Assembly (NCBI GenBank): GCA_027858315.1 | Contig: JAQICV010000077.1 | Coordinates: 6,186 to 70,185, forward strand | Length of the DNA stretch: 64,000 nt | Origin: Candidatus Woesearchaeota archaeon | Lineage (GTDB): Archaea > Nanobdellota > Nanobdellia > Woesearchaeales > UBA583 | Direction: 5' to 3' | Part shown: piece by piece, positions 48,853 to 60,031 of the stretch | Layout: each line of letters begins with the position of its first letter | Numbering within the stretch: position 1 is the stretch's first letter | Notes under the pieces: generated by a model | The model's database searches: none | What the model saw: only the letters and a program-made list of their open reading frames with translations | Told to the model about the DNA's origin: nothing | Translations under genes and position numbers: made by a program

Positions 48853-48939
48853 ACAAATTATGAATTTTATTCCATTTATAAAGCTTTACTATTTCTATAT
48901 ATATAGAAAGTTTATAAAGACATTTGAGAATTAATTATT

Positions 48940-50118
48940 ATGTTTCATATGTATCTTCCATTTAGGAAAAAATTTAAGAAAACTACACAACTATCTATTT
49001 CAAGACTTGTTGCGGCATTTGGTGTCTCAGGAATTAACACTATTTGGATAATTTATATGACTAGATTTGGGATAAGTGATTCAATGATAGGATTCATTTC
49101 AGCTTTCTTGGTAATAATATCCTTGATTACTGCATTTTTCTCAACACCTATTCTTGAAAAATATAATGAATTGAAGATTTTAATTATTAGTATTATTGTT
49201 CAAATTATTGCTTATACAATGATTCCATTTTTCCCAAATTTATATATTTTCATTTTTCTTGCGATGATAATTTCAATTGGAACCGTATTTAAAATAGATA
49301 GTTTTGATATTCTATTTCGAGATGAATCAAAAAATAAAGAACTTAATGAAGATGAAGGATTAATGTATTCCTTATCAAATGTTGGATGGTTAGTTGGTCC
49401 TTTAATTGCAGGATTCTTCCTAGTTGAATACGGAATAAATTCAGTATTTTTTGTAGGGTCAGTATTTATTTTAATTGGTCTTTTTATGCTCTTAAGAGTG
49501 AAAATCAAACTCCCTGAGAAGAAAAGAAAAAATTTCGATACAAATATTACTAAGAATATTAAAGATTTTATTAAAAATAAAAGATTGATTTTATCTTATA
49601 TCATAAGTGGAGGTATATATATCTGGTTGGCGCTACTCTTTGTTTACATACCTCTTTTCATTATAGATAGTGGTCTTGGAGAGGCATACATTGGAGTATT
49701 CTTATCTGTTGTTGTTATTCCACTCGTTTTGTTTGAATATGAGGTTGGAAAACTTTCGGAGAAATATGGATTTAAACCATTTTTTATTTTAGGTTTTTTT
49801 TCTCTTACAATAATTGCAGGACTTATGTTTATATTTGACAATATATATGTAACTTTATCACTTATGGTTGTATCAAGCATTGCAATGTCATTTTTAGAAC
49901 CACTTCAAGATTCATTTTTCTTCAGCAATGTGAAACATAAAGCTGATGAGGAAAAGTACTATCCTATATATGCTACAGCTACAGATATTGGAAGTTTTGT
50001 TGGAAAAATAAGTGTTGCAGGATTATTACTTTTATTGCCAAATAAATATGCATTTTTAGTTATTGGAGTATTTATGTTTATTATTGGAGTTGTATTCTTA
50101 TTCCATAAAGAGAAGTAA
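48940..50118 (+). CDS. MFS transporter
   Basis: About 12 TMs; GKLSEKYG motif-A-like. Confidence 0.85.
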   Translation: MFHMYLPFRKKFKKTTQLSISRLVAAFGVSGINTIWIIYMTRFGISDSMIGFISAFLVIISLITAFFSTPILEKYNELKILIISIIVQIIAYTMIPFFPNLYIFIFLAMIISIGTVFKIDSFDILFRDESKNKELNEDEGLMYSLSNVGWLVGPLIAGFFLVEYGINSVFFVGSVFILIGLFMLLRVKIKLPEKKRKNFDTNITKNIKDFIKNKRLILSYIISGGIYIWLALLFVYIPLFIIDSGLGEAYIGVFLSVVVIPLVLFEYEVGKLSEKYGFKPFFILGFFSLTIIAGLMFIFDNIYVTLSLMVVSSIAMSFLEPLQDSFFFSNVKHKADEEKYYPIYATATDIGSFVGKISVAGLLLLLPNKYAFLVIGVFMFIIGVVFLFHKEK

Positions 50119-50279
50119 TCAATTTACTTTACTTATATTTTTAAATAAAACATTATTAATTGTTAATATGAAATCTATAAATAGTGTTTTTAGAAAAGGC
50201 TATTCTTGTTATAATTATAGATGGTAAAGTCTCATTATTCAATTATAATTACTAAAAATTATTAACTAATTTATTAAAA

Positions 50280-51317
50280 ATGACTAAAAAAATTAAAGAT
50301 ATCAATATGAAAAAAACAACTAAGGCAAAAGATAATGTATTAAAAAAAGCCAATACATTAGAGGGATGGCCAGAAATTAGAGGTTACGATTTTGAAGAAG
50401 AATTTAATTTTGAAAATTTTTTGAAATCCTATGCCAATACAGGTTTTCAAGCAACTAATCTTGCACAATCTATAGAGATTATTAAAAATATGAGGAAAGA
50501 TAAAGCAACTATATTTTTTGCTTTTACTTCCAATATGGGAACTTGTGGAGTTAGAGAACAAATCAAATATATTACAAAGAATAATATGGTTCAAGTAATG
50601 GTCACTAGTGCGGGTGCTATTGAAGAAGATATTATTAAGTGCTTAAAACCTTTTGTTCTAGGAGATTTTAGAGCTCCAGGACATGTACTAAGGGAAGATG
50701 GAATTAATCGTACAGGAAATATATTTATTCCTAATGATATATACCTATACTTTGAAAAGTTTATGACTAAATTCTTAGAAAGAATCTATGAGAAACAAAA
50801 ACAAAAAAATGAGATTATTGGAATTAAAGAGTTTGTTTATGAATTAGGATATGAGATGGAATTACAAGACTTAGAAAAAAAAGAAGATAGTTTCTCATAT
50901 TGGTCTTACAAAAATAAAATTCCTTTTTTTTGTCCTGCACTTTTAGATGGAAGCCTTGGAGATATGGTTTATTTTTTTAAGAAGAATCATCCTGATTTTA
51001 AAATTGATACTTCAGATTATATTGTCGAAGTTACAGATTTAGCTTTGAATTCTGAAAAAATGGGAATTATTGCAATTGGAGGTAGTGTTCCAAAACATGT
51101 TGTTTCAAATGCTGCTTTGTTTAGAGATGGTGCAGATTATGTTGTTTATATTAATTCAGGTTTAGAGATGGAAGGTTCTAATGCCGGAGCACCTATTGAT
51201 GAAGCAGTTAGTTGGGGAAAGATTAAACCTGAAGCTCAAAAAATAAAAGTTGAATCTGAGGCAACTTTAGTTTTCCCTTTAATTGTTGCAGGAGCTTTTA
51301 AATTGTACAATCCATAA
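50280..51317 (+). CDS. Deoxyhypusine synthase
   Basis: GFQATNL, FTSN, IEED, GINRTGN, PALLDGSLGD, EAVSWGK. Confidence 0.95.
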   Translation: MTKKIKDINMKKTTKAKDNVLKKANTLEGWPEIRGYDFEEEFNFENFLKSYANTGFQATNLAQSIEIIKNMRKDKATIFFAFTSNMGTCGVREQIKYITKNNMVQVMVTSAGAIEEDIIKCLKPFVLGDFRAPGHVLREDGINRTGNIFIPNDIYLYFEKFMTKFLERIYEKQKQKNEIIGIKEFVYELGYEMELQDLEKKEDSFSYWSYKNKIPFFCPALLDGSLGDMVYFFKKNHPDFKIDTSDYIVEVTDLALNSEKMGIIAIGGSVPKHVVSNAALFRDGADYVVYINSGLEMEGSNAGAPIDEAVSWGKIKPEAQKIKVESEATLVFPLIVAGAFKLYNP

Positions 51318-51354
51318 AACTAAATTTTATAAATCTTTATTCTTAAATATTTTT

Positions 51355-51939
51355 ATGAGCAAAATACCTGAACATGCAAAATGTGTATTTAAAGGAGTTC
51401 TTTTTGAGATATATCAATGGAAACAAGAAATGTTTGATGGGACATTTAAAACTTTTGAGGCAGTTAAAAGACCTGGAACAGTTAGAATTATTGCAATTAC
51501 TAGGCAAGGGAAAATCATTATGCAAAGAGAAGAACAACCTCATATTGGGAAGTTTACCAATATCCCTGCTGGAAGAATGGATCAAGGAGAAGAACCAATT
51601 GATAGTGCAAAAAGAGAACTTCTAGAAGAGAGTGGATATGTATCAGAAGATATACTTGAATTTTATAAATTTCCTTCACGAGGAAAAGTTATTGGTAATT
51701 CATATATGTTTATTGCTAGAGAATGTTATAAAAAACAAGATCAAAATTTTGAATTTGATGGTGAGAGAATTGAGACTTTTTTTGTTGACTTTGGAACATT
51801 CATTAAAGAAACTCAAAAAGAGGAGTTTAGAGATAATCAACTGACTGATTTAATTTTTAGAATGATTCATACTCCTGGAGAATTAGATAAATTTAAAGAA
51901 CTATTGTTTTCGAAAGAAGGAATTAAGATAACAAATTAA
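51355..51939 (+). CDS. NUDIX hydrolase (ADP-ribose pyrophosphatase-like)
   Basis: PAGRMDQGE...SAKRELLEESGY; start MSKIP after a TATA box. Confidence 0.88.
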   Translation: MSKIPEHAKCVFKGVLFEIYQWKQEMFDGTFKTFEAVKRPGTVRIIAITRQGKIIMQREEQPHIGKFTNIPAGRMDQGEEPIDSAKRELLEESGYVSEDILEFYKFPSRGKVIGNSYMFIARECYKKQDQNFEFDGERIETFFVDFGTFIKETQKEEFRDNQLTDLIFRMIHTPGELDKFKELLFSKEGIKITN

Positions 51940-52508
51940 TTATTTTTTAAATCATGAAAACTTTTTAGGTTCTTTTTCTCAATTATCAAATCTCCGTATT
52001 TTTGTTTTTCTAAGTTAGCTTCAAGACCTAATTTTTTTAATAAATATAAACATCTCTTTTTTGCTTCTTCTTTTTGGGAGTCAGCTTCTACCATTAATTC
52101 GACTTCGATAAATTCACCTAAACCATCCACATTGTCAAGAGCAATCTCGAAATCTTCAAATTGATAATATGCTCTTTGTTTTTTTATTGTGAAAAACTCT
52201 TCAAAACCTAGTTTCTCAATAATTCTTTTAGTAGAACTCATATCCGCTATATCTATTTTATATTCTATTCCTCCTCCAACATTCCTATCTATTTCTTTTA
52301 TCTCAAATATTTTTTTACTATTAACGATTCTTATTCTAAAAACTATTCCTCCGTCTTTAATTTTACCTTTAGAGTCTAAGAATTCATTTTTTAGAAAGAT
52401 TATGTCTTCTTGTTCTTCTTCTTTGATATATTGAAAATTTAATTCTTCAAATTTTGAAAGAATTTCTTGTTTATTATCAACTCTTGCTTTAAGCTCAACT
52501 TCTATCAT
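51936..52508 (-). CDS. CYTH domain / class IV adenylate cyclase-like protein
   Basis: IEVELKA, RIR, KQR, LD.VDGLGEFIEVE, Y. Confidence 0.88.
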   Translation of the reverse strand: MIEVELKARVDNKQEILSKFEELNFQYIKEEEQEDIIFLKNEFLDSKGKIKDGGIVFRIRIVNSKKIFEIKEIDRNVGGGIEYKIDIADMSSTKRIIEKLGFEEFFTIKKQRAYYQFEDFEIALDNVDGLGEFIEVELMVEADSQKEEAKKRCLYLLKKLGLEANLEKQKYGDLIIEKKNLKSFHDLKNN

Positions 52509-52547
52509 AAAATATTTCTAAAAATTTGTATTAATAAATATTGGTAA

Positions 52548-53204
52548 TTATTCTTCTAAATCATCAAATATCTTTCTTAAATGTTTTAAAACTTTAGTTC
52601 TTGCATGATAACTTAGAACTACATTTCTTAATCTGTAATTAATTATCTCTTCTTTCTTATGTAAAAACCCTTTTTGCTTTAATTCTTTTAATGTTGTTGG
52701 GTGGGATTGAAATAATTGTTTTCCTTCGTCTGGTCTTGAATTTTCAATTATATGAATTGTTGATGAGAACTCTTCCATATCTAAAAACTGTTTTACATCT
52801 TGATCTAATCCTTTGTATTTCATTTCTGAATTTTCTATAATTCTAAGGTCACCGTGATGAATATTTAAAATGTTAATTTGCGCATTTCTGAATTTCATAA
52901 AATCAAGAAAACTTTGAGGAAGAATTTTTGTGAAATTATTTGTGATTATGAAATCAGGTTCAAATCCATCAATGAACACTCCTAACATGTCAAAATACTT
53001 TTCCTTGTCCTTCTCAAAAGTTTTATTTTTATCAAAAGTATAAGTGTAGAAATTGTCCATTTCCTCATCAAAATCTACTGGAAATTTTCTATCAAGTATT
53101 AAAAAAATATCAAAATCAGGATTATTTTGAGCAAATAAATGTGCTAGATTTACAAAAGATGAACTTAGAAAAACTATTTTTTTTCTCTCTTGCATCTCAT
53201 CCAT
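52548..53204 (-). CDS. Divergent formyltransferase-fold (PurN/FMT-like) protein
   Basis: PDFII...FTKILP..F...ILNIHH, STIH..., DEG mirror the LNIHP / T.H / D.G motifs. Confidence 0.55.
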   Translation of the reverse strand: MDEMQERKKIVFLSSSFVNLAHLFAQNNPDFDIFLILDRKFPVDFDEEMDNFYTYTFDKNKTFEKDKEKYFDMLGVFIDGFEPDFIITNNFTKILPQSFLDFMKFRNAQINILNIHHGDLRIIENSEMKYKGLDQDVKQFLDMEEFSSTIHIIENSRPDEGKQLFQSHPTTLKELKQKGFLHKKEEIINYRLRNVVLSYHARTKVLKHLRKIFDDLEE

Positions 53205-53299
53205 AATAAGAATTCTGATCTTTGGTTTAAAAATGTTAACTACTAGCACCACTTTTAAAAACAATAAATAATTATAATCAAAAACTACAACTAAATTAT

Positions 53300-54499
53300 A
53301 TGTTTAATAAATTAATAAGGAAAAACCCTGTAGCTTTGATGTTTGCTTCATTCCAATTAACTCATCAAATTGCTGTTGGTATGATAGTTCCTTTTTTTTT
53401 CTTTAATCTTTTTAGAAGCAGGATGGAGTAACAAAGAGATTACTTATTTTTTTGCAATACTTAGTTTTGCTATATTCTTATTCTCTCCAATTATTGGTAA
53501 GATTTCAGATAGAATTGGAAGAAAGAATATTATCTTTTATGGAATTATTGCGCAAATATTTTTCCTTAGTACATATTACAATTTTACTGATAATAGGACT
53601 CTTGTTTACATTATTAGATTTATAGATGGAATTGGTTCAGGGGCAGTCTCAATTGTTGCACTTGGAGCATTTGAAGATATTATTAAAGAAAAGAGAGGGT
53701 TTTGGACAGGTTTTTTTTTAGTGTTGGATCAATTGGAGCAATTATTGCTCCTATTCTTGCAGGATTTATTGCAGACTGGCATTTAGCAAAAACAATATTC
53801 TTAGTCTCAATAGTATTTATGATTCTCTCAATCTTGTTATTAGTTTTAATACCTGAAAAAAAGAAGAGTAAAACTAAGATTAAACTAAGAGATCTTAATC
53901 CATTATATGAGATTTCAGATTTTTTAAAATATAGAAGATTGCAAGGAATGGCAATTCTAGGAATGACTATGAATGCAAAAGGGCAAATTATAACAATATT
54001 TTTCCCTATTTTCGTAGTAAAAACTTTAGGACTTCCAGTATATTGGTTTGGAATACTTTGGGGGATTGGGCCCTTCATACATATGTTCCAATTTTACTTT
54101 GGAAGAATTGCCGATAGTATTTCTGCACAATTTGGAGTAATGCTTGGAGTTTTTATTGTATGTATTTCAATGCTCTTTATGCCACTTGCAACTGGAATAA
54201 CTAGTCTTGCAATTATTTTATTCGTTTATGGATTAGGATCAAGTATCTGGAATGTAACAGCTTGGTCTCTCATGAGCAGTGTTGCAGAAAAACATGATAT
54301 GGAAGGAGAAGTTGTTGGAACATATTATTCATTGTCATATTTTGCAATGTTTTTAGCATCATTATTTGGAGCATATATTGTTGATGCAATTGGAATAGCA
54401 AGAACATTACAAACATTTGCAGTAGTTATACTTTGTATGACTGTAGTGTCATATTTTTTCTTTAGACCAATTTTTCATAATGTAGTTTCTAAAAATTAA
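53300..54499 (+). pseudogene. MFS transporter with two frameshifts in T9 tracts (53392-53400, 53711-53719)
   Basis: Correcting the tracts joins ATG 53300 through GKISDRIGRK (motif A) to ORF 53702..54499. Confidence 0.75.
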
Positions 54500-55028
54500 T
54501 AAAATTCTCAATTAATTTCTTATTTCTTATCTCAGGGTGAAATAATGAAGCATAAATTTTTCCATTTGAGAACAACTGAGGAATTTTAGTTTCTAATAAT
54601 AGATTAAACCCTTGAGGTAATTCTGAATATGATTTATGAAGAGCATAAACTTCATTTAAAGAGACTTTTTCTAAAATACTGTCTTCTTTGACTTTACTTA
54701 TCTTAACCAGACCTATTTCCTGCTTCTCTTTCAATTCAGCTCCAAATATTTTTCCAATTATTTGAGCTCCAGCACAAATTCCCAATATATATCCTTTATA
54801 GTTTTTCATCCAATTAAAAATTTCAGTGTGATTTAAATATTCAAAATCTTTTAGAGCAACACCACATAAGATAACTTTTTCATACTTTAAAATTACTTGT
54901 TCGTTTAATTCTAAAAAATGAATTATATCGAAATTTGTTTTAACAATTTCTTTAACTGGCAATACAAATTCATCATGATGAAGAGAATTTTTTTCTTTAT
55001 TCATATCAACTATTAATATATTATTCAT
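54489..55028 (-). CDS. Class I glutamine amidotransferase (GMP synthase A-like)
   Basis: LGICAGAQ, FHPE. Confidence 0.85.
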   Translation of the reverse strand: MNNILIVDMNKEKNSLHHDEFVLPVKEIVKTNFDIIHFLELNEQVILKYEKVILCGVALKDFEYLNHTEIFNWMKNYKGYILGICAGAQIIGKIFGAELKEKQEIGLVKISKVKEDSILEKVSLNEVYALHKSYSELPQGFNLLLETKIPQLFSNGKIYASLFHPEIRNKKLIENFINF

Positions 55029-55813
55029 TTTTTGAGAATTTTTAAATAATTCAATAAGGATTTATGGTTTTTTAAGTTGGTTAAAACTAATTCTTTTTTT
55101 GTTATATCAAATTTCTCACCTTTAAAATCTACTGCGCATCCTCCTGCTTCAAGAACTAATAAATAACAGCAGTAATCCCATGGTTTTGCACTAGCTGAAA
55201 TTAATGCATCAACTCTTCCTGAAGCAACTAATGCAGTTGAAAAAACTAGAGAATAATAATTTCTTATTGTGATTTCATTATCTAAAAGGATGGAGAATAA
55301 TTTTTTCTTTAATGATTTATTTTCTCCTCCAGATAAAATTACATCTGAGTTTTCAAGTTTCAAATCTGAAACTTTTAATCTTTTAGAATTAAAGTAAGCA
55401 CCTTTTCCTTCTTGAGCAAAATATAATTCTTTAGTTACAGGATTATTACAATAACACATAATAACATCATTTTTCTTTGCAAATGCAATAGTTACCATAA
55501 AAATTGGAATTTCACGAGAATAGTTTCTTGTACCATCAATTGGGTCTATTATCCAAGTATAATCTGAATTATTAGTAACTGAAGATCCTTCTTCTGCTAA
55601 AATATTATGATTTGGAAACTTCTTTTGAATAATTTTGACAATTTCTTTTTCAATTAATAAGTCATATATTGTTACAATATCTCTTTTTTCTTTATCCTTG
55701 TAATATACTCCTTTATCTTTCAATAAAAATCCTTTTTTTGCAATTTTAGCTCCTTTTAAAATAGCTTTTTTCATAACTTTTCTTATTTCTTCTAAATTTA
55801 TATCTTCTCTCAT
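55025..55813 (-). CDS. Inositol monophosphatase family protein
   Basis: LAEE, WIIDPIDGT, PWD, EAGG. Confidence 0.9.
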   Translation of the reverse strand: MREDINLEEIRKVMKKAILKGAKIAKKGFLLKDKGVYYKDKEKRDIVTIYDLLIEKEIVKIIQKKFPNHNILAEEGSSVTNNSDYTWIIDPIDGTRNYSREIPIFMVTIAFAKKNDVIMCYCNNPVTKELYFAQEGKGAYFNSKRLKVSDLKLENSDVILSGGENKSLKKKLFSILLDNEITIRNYYSLVFSTALVASGRVDALISASAKPWDYCCYLLVLEAGGCAVDFKGEKFDITKKELVLTNLKNHKSLLNYLKILKK

Positions 55814-56493
55814 TTATCTACCAATTTAACTTCTTTAATTTCCAAAATTCCCGCATTTTCACTATCCATATGTTTTTCTACATCCAATAACTTTATCTCT
55901 TTTTTGAATAAAGGAGAATCTATAACAAATGTTTCAAGTTCTCCACCTTCCCCGGCAGGATTAATTTTATATTTTTTTTCTAACTTCGTTAATTCTTTAA
56001 TTAGATTTTTATCAAGAATTCTTCCTAAGTAAGATTTGTCAAAAGGATAAGAAAAAATTCCTACAATTATTATTTTGAAATTATTTTCTAATAATTCATA
56101 TAAAAAATCTACTTGATTTTTTTGCCATAATGGGTTAAAACACCAGATATTTAATTTTTGACAAATTGTTTGAATTCTTGATGATTGGTATGCAGAATTT
56201 ATTGCACCAGTTACAACTCCTTCAATATTATATTGTTCTTTTGCTAACTCGATTGCTAATTGTAGGTCTTCTAATTCTTTTTCTTTTTCACCTTTAGTTT
56301 TATATTCAATTATTGGAATCCCTAAAGCTTGTGATTGTACTTTTACAAAATCAATTCCTTGTGTTTGAAACATGTAAGATTCTTTATTTTCAGATACTAA
56401 AGTTATAAGACATACAACTTCATTTTTTTGATTAGCTTTGTATAAAGCATAATTAGAATCTTTCCCACCAGAAAACAAGACTGCAACTTTCAT
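55810..56493 (-). CDS. dph6: Diphthine--ammonia ligase
   Basis: LFSGGKDS, SYMFQ, PLW, PAGEGGELETFV. Confidence 0.9.
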   Translation of the reverse strand: MKVAVLFSGGKDSNYALYKANQKNEVVCLITLVSENKESYMFQTQGIDFVKVQSQALGIPIIEYKTKGEKEKELEDLQLAIELAKEQYNIEGVVTGAINSAYQSSRIQTICQKLNIWCFNPLWQKNQVDFLYELLENNFKIIIVGIFSYPFDKSYLGRILDKNLIKELTKLEKKYKINPAGEGGELETFVIDSPLFKKEIKLLDVEKHMDSENAGILEIKEVKLVDK

Positions 56494-56544
56494 TATAATA
56501 AAGATTCCCTAAAAACTTATAAAGATATAAGTTTTGTGATTCAT

Positions 56545-56856
56545 ATGAATAATACTAAAATTCTAATGATTTTTTTATTAATTGGTTCATTATTATTTAC
56601 AGGGTGTATCCCTCGAATGGATGAATTAGAACTTAATACCGATCCAAGATTATATGCAGGAGAAGGAGAGATGTGTGAAAATCAATACATGAAAGTTGAA
56701 TGTAGTGAGGGACTAGAATGTATTCCTAAGAGCACTAAACCTTATGTTATTGGTTTTTGTTATCTTCCAGGTTATGTATATAATGAAGATTTTATTAATA
56801 GAAATACTTATGAAGGAAATCCCGATTATGATACTAGAATTAATCTTAGTTCCTAA
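56545..56856 (+). CDS. Putative lipoprotein with Cys-rich domain
   Basis: Signal peptide ending LFTGC; EGEMC...C.EGLEC...GFC. Confidence 0.6.
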   Translation: MNNTKILMIFLLIGSLLFTGCIPRMDELELNTDPRLYAGEGEMCENQYMKVECSEGLECIPKSTKPYVIGFCYLPGYVYNEDFINRNTYEGNPDYDTRINLSS

Positions 56857-57833
56857 TTTTCTTCTTTTTTTATTCTATCACCAATATATATTTTATTTGC
56901 TTTTCCTACTTTTATTCTTTTCAAAATTTTTCTTGCATGTAGTTTAGAAATAATTTTACTTAAATTAGATTTAGTTAATTTAGGTAAATAGTTTAGAATA
57001 TCATATTGGGAAATCCCATCATTATCTTTAATAAGTAATAATACCTCACTTTCGTTCTCAGTCAAATGCTTTTTAACTATTTCTTCAATTGTTTGTCTAT
57101 TCTCTTCTTGAGGTAGATTAACTTCATTACTAATTTTTTCTTCTGGACGAATCTCTACAATATTTTCTTGCACATTTACTTTAGATTTAGAAGTTTTATT
57201 TTTTATTTTAGTTTTATATAAAATTAATAAACTTACAACTAAAATAAGTAAAATGAAGATGATGGTGAGATATATTAAATCTCTATTAATAAATCCTGTT
57301 TCAATATTGGACTTTGTGTCTTTAAAATTTACAACAAATAATAAATCTTCTTCAACAGATTCAAAATCCCATATTACTCTTCCTGATTCATCTAATAAGA
57401 AATTTGTAGGAAAAATGTCTATCCCTTCCCCGAAGTTGTCTTTAAATTCAAGATTGAATATTAAATTGTCAACAGGGAAATCAAAAGATAAATAAGTTCT
57501 AAAAGCATCTGCTTTGAAAAGATTATTGGATATGTCTTCAGACCTATATTTGATTAAAAAATAATTGTCTTCAATCCCTTTTGGTTTGAAAATGAAAAAA
57601 TCTCCTACAGATTCGTAATTAACTGTCCCGAACTTATCTACTGCATAATCGATTTTAGCATCTTTTGGTTTTTCTATTGAGAATTTTGAAATACTATCAT
57701 TAGTTTGAAACTCTATAGCATAATTATATATTGTGTAATCTTGATAGACAAAAGCTTTCACTGTAACATCGGTTGCATTGGAAACTATTGGAAACAGTAA
57801 TATCAGAAAAATGATGCAGAGTTTCTTAAGCAT
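56853..57833 (-). CDS. Membrane-anchored protein with extracellular domain and C-terminal wHTH
   Basis: Signal peptide, TM, then LTENE..VL...GISQ...KSNLS..I..L...RIK.GKAN. Confidence 0.7.
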   Translation of the reverse strand: MLKKLCIIFLILLFPIVSNATDVTVKAFVYQDYTIYNYAIEFQTNDSISKFSIEKPKDAKIDYAVDKFGTVNYESVGDFFIFKPKGIEDNYFLIKYRSEDISNNLFKADAFRTYLSFDFPVDNLIFNLEFKDNFGEGIDIFPTNFLLDESGRVIWDFESVEEDLLFVVNFKDTKSNIETGFINRDLIYLTIIFILLILVVSLLILYKTKIKNKTSKSKVNVQENIVEIRPEEKISNEVNLPQEENRQTIEEIVKKHLTENESEVLLLIKDNDGISQYDILNYLPKLTKSNLSKIISKLHARKILKRIKVGKANKIYIGDRIKKEEN

Positions 57834-57884
57834 ATTTATAGAGTAGAGAAAAATCTTTATAAAATTTGTGCTAATAGTTATTAT

Positions 57885-58619
57885 ATGATTAATCATATTG
57901 GATTCATAATGGATGGAAATCGTAGGTATGGAGATAAGTATAATTTATCCAAAAAGGAAGCTTACAGAGCTGGAATGGAACAATTTTTAAATTTTGTTAA
58001 GTATCAAGTTAAACATAATATATTTGAAACATCGTTTTACGCCCTATCAACTGATAATTATGAAAATCGTGGAGAAGATTTGAGACCTATAGGAGACTTA
58101 ATCCAAAATTTTTTTAAAGATGATGATTTAGAAGAGTATTTTATCAAACATAAAATTAAACTTTGTTTGAGAGGTGAAATTGATGAATTGGAAGAAAAAG
58201 ATAGGAAAGAGAGGAAAATTAAGCTTTTTGTTTCAGATCTAAGAAAAAGGTTCGAGAAATGTAATGCAAAAATTGGTCAAGAGTTCAAATACAGAGTAAA
58301 TATTGCAATAAACTATGATGGACAAAAAGAAATTTTAAGATCTTTTAAGAGTATTTATGAGAAAATTTCTAATGGAAGTTTAGATTTTGAGAAAGTTGAT
58401 GAAAAAACTATTAAAAATAATATTTATTATAATGATTCTAAATCTCCTGAAATTATTGTGAGACCTGGAGATTCACCAAGAATCTCAGGATTTATGCTTT
58501 GGGATAGCAAATACAGTGAATTATATTTTACAAAAAAATTATGGCCAGAGATGAATGAAGAAGATTTTGTAGAGATTCTCGATTGGTTTAAATCTATTAA
58601 AAGAAACTTTGGTAAGTGA
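57885..58619 (+). CDS. uppS: Polyprenyl diphosphate synthase (UppS family)
   Basis: HIGFIMDGNRR, STDN, NYDG, RISGF.LW..YSE, LWPE, RNFG. Confidence 0.93.
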   Translation: MINHIGFIMDGNRRYGDKYNLSKKEAYRAGMEQFLNFVKYQVKHNIFETSFYALSTDNYENRGEDLRPIGDLIQNFFKDDDLEEYFIKHKIKLCLRGEIDELEEKDRKERKIKLFVSDLRKRFEKCNAKIGQEFKYRVNIAINYDGQKEILRSFKSIYEKISNGSLDFEKVDEKTIKNNIYYNDSKSPEIIVRPGDSPRISGFMLWDSKYSELYFTKKLWPEMNEEDFVEILDWFKSIKRNFGK

Positions 58620-58658
58620 ATAATTTACAATATTTAAAAATAAATTCTAAATTTTTAT

Positions 58659-58952
58659 CTAATTAAAATATTTAGATAAATAAGATTCTGATTCTGAATC
58701 GGATAAACCCATATTTAAAAGGCCTGTTTTTACTGATTCTTTAGAGTAAGTTGATTTGTATTGAATAATGTACTCTTGAGCTTTTTTCTCATTCTCATTT
58801 AAATTATCTCCACCCATATTTGGATTATAAGAGTAACTTTGCATTGAGTTTTGTTTTGCCTTTGCCATTCTTTTTTGATTCCATAAACCTATTGGAAATA
58901 TTAGAACTAAAGAGACAATCAAAAAGATTTGAAGTGGATTTATGTCTATCAT
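58659..58952 (-). CDS. Small membrane-anchored hypothetical protein
   Basis: N-terminal TM plus short helical domain. Confidence 0.55.
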   Translation of the reverse strand: MIDINPLQIFLIVSLVLIFPIGLWNQKRMAKAKQNSMQSYSYNPNMGGDNLNENEKKAQEYIIQYKSTYSKESVKTGLLNMGLSDSESESYLSKYFN

Positions 58953-58984
58953 ATTTTATTAATGAAAGTTTCTATTTATTAAAT

Positions 58985-60031
58985 TTATTTCTTACTGATT
59001 AGTTTTATTACTTCAATCATCCTATTTGAAAATCCATATTCATTATCATACCATACTGCAAGTTTTAATAGATTTCTACCAACAACTTCTGTACTTTGAG
59101 CATCAATTACTCCTGAATGCGGATTTCCTATTATGTCTGAAGATACTAATTCTTCTTCACTATACTCGACAATGCCATGGAGTTTTGTACTACAAATTTC
59201 TTTTAAGAATGAATTGATTTCTTCTTTTGTTATATTTTTTTTCAATTCTAAATTCAAATCAGTAATACTCCCAGTTATAGTTGGAACTCTATATGCAATT
59301 CCATGAAGTTTGCCTTCTAATTCAGGTATTAATTTAATTACTGCTTGCGCTGCACCTGTTGAAGTTGGAACGATGTTGAATGGTGCTGCTCTTCCTCTTC
59401 TTAATTTTGGATGTACAGAGTCTAAAATTCTTTGATCTCCAGTTACTGAATGAATCGTTGCAAACATTCCTTTTTCAATACCATATTTTTTGTATAATTC
59501 ATTAACTATTGCACTCATAGAATTTGTTGTACAAGAACCATTTGATACAACCTTAAATTCATTTTTATACTCTTCATCATTAACTCCTCTAACCAGATAA
59601 AATACATCCCCTTTACCTGGTGCAGAGATTACAACTTTTTTTGCACCATTTTTTATATGAATGTCTACTTGTTCTCTGTCTACAAATCTTCCAGTACATT
59701 CAGCTACAACATCAATATCTAAGTCTTTCCAAGGTAGTTTTTCTATATCTTTTTCTCCTAAAACCTTAACTCTTCTATCTCCTACAACTAGATACTCACC
59801 ATCAACTTCAACTTTAGTAGGGAATTGGCCTTGTGCACTATCATATTGTAAGAAATATCTTGCTGCATCAGCTCCAGATAAATCATTAATTGCGACAAAT
59901 TCGATGTTTGGATCATTAAATCCAGCTCTAAATATCATTCTTCCAATTCTTCCAAATCCATTAATTGCAACCCTTACTTTTTTATTTGAAGAAATTTCTT
60001 CTTTAATTTCACTTAGTATATTATCTTTCAT
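58985..60031 (-). CDS. gap: Type I (bacterial-like) glyceraldehyde-3-phosphate dehydrogenase
   Basis: INGFGRIGR, SNGSCTTN, PTSTGAA, WYDNEYG. Confidence 0.95.
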   Translation of the reverse strand: MKDNILSEIKEEISSNKKVRVAINGFGRIGRMIFRAGFNDPNIEFVAINDLSGADAARYFLQYDSAQGQFPTKVEVDGEYLVVGDRRVKVLGEKDIEKLPWKDLDIDVVAECTGRFVDREQVDIHIKNGAKKVVISAPGKGDVFYLVRGVNDEEYKNEFKVVSNGSCTTNSMSAIVNELYKKYGIEKGMFATIHSVTGDQRILDSVHPKLRRGRAAPFNIVPTSTGAAQAVIKLIPELEGKLHGIAYRVPTITGSITDLNLELKKNITKEEINSFLKEICSTKLHGIVEYSEEELVSSDIIGNPHSGVIDAQSTEVVGRNLLKLAVWYDNEYGFSNRMIEVIKLISKK

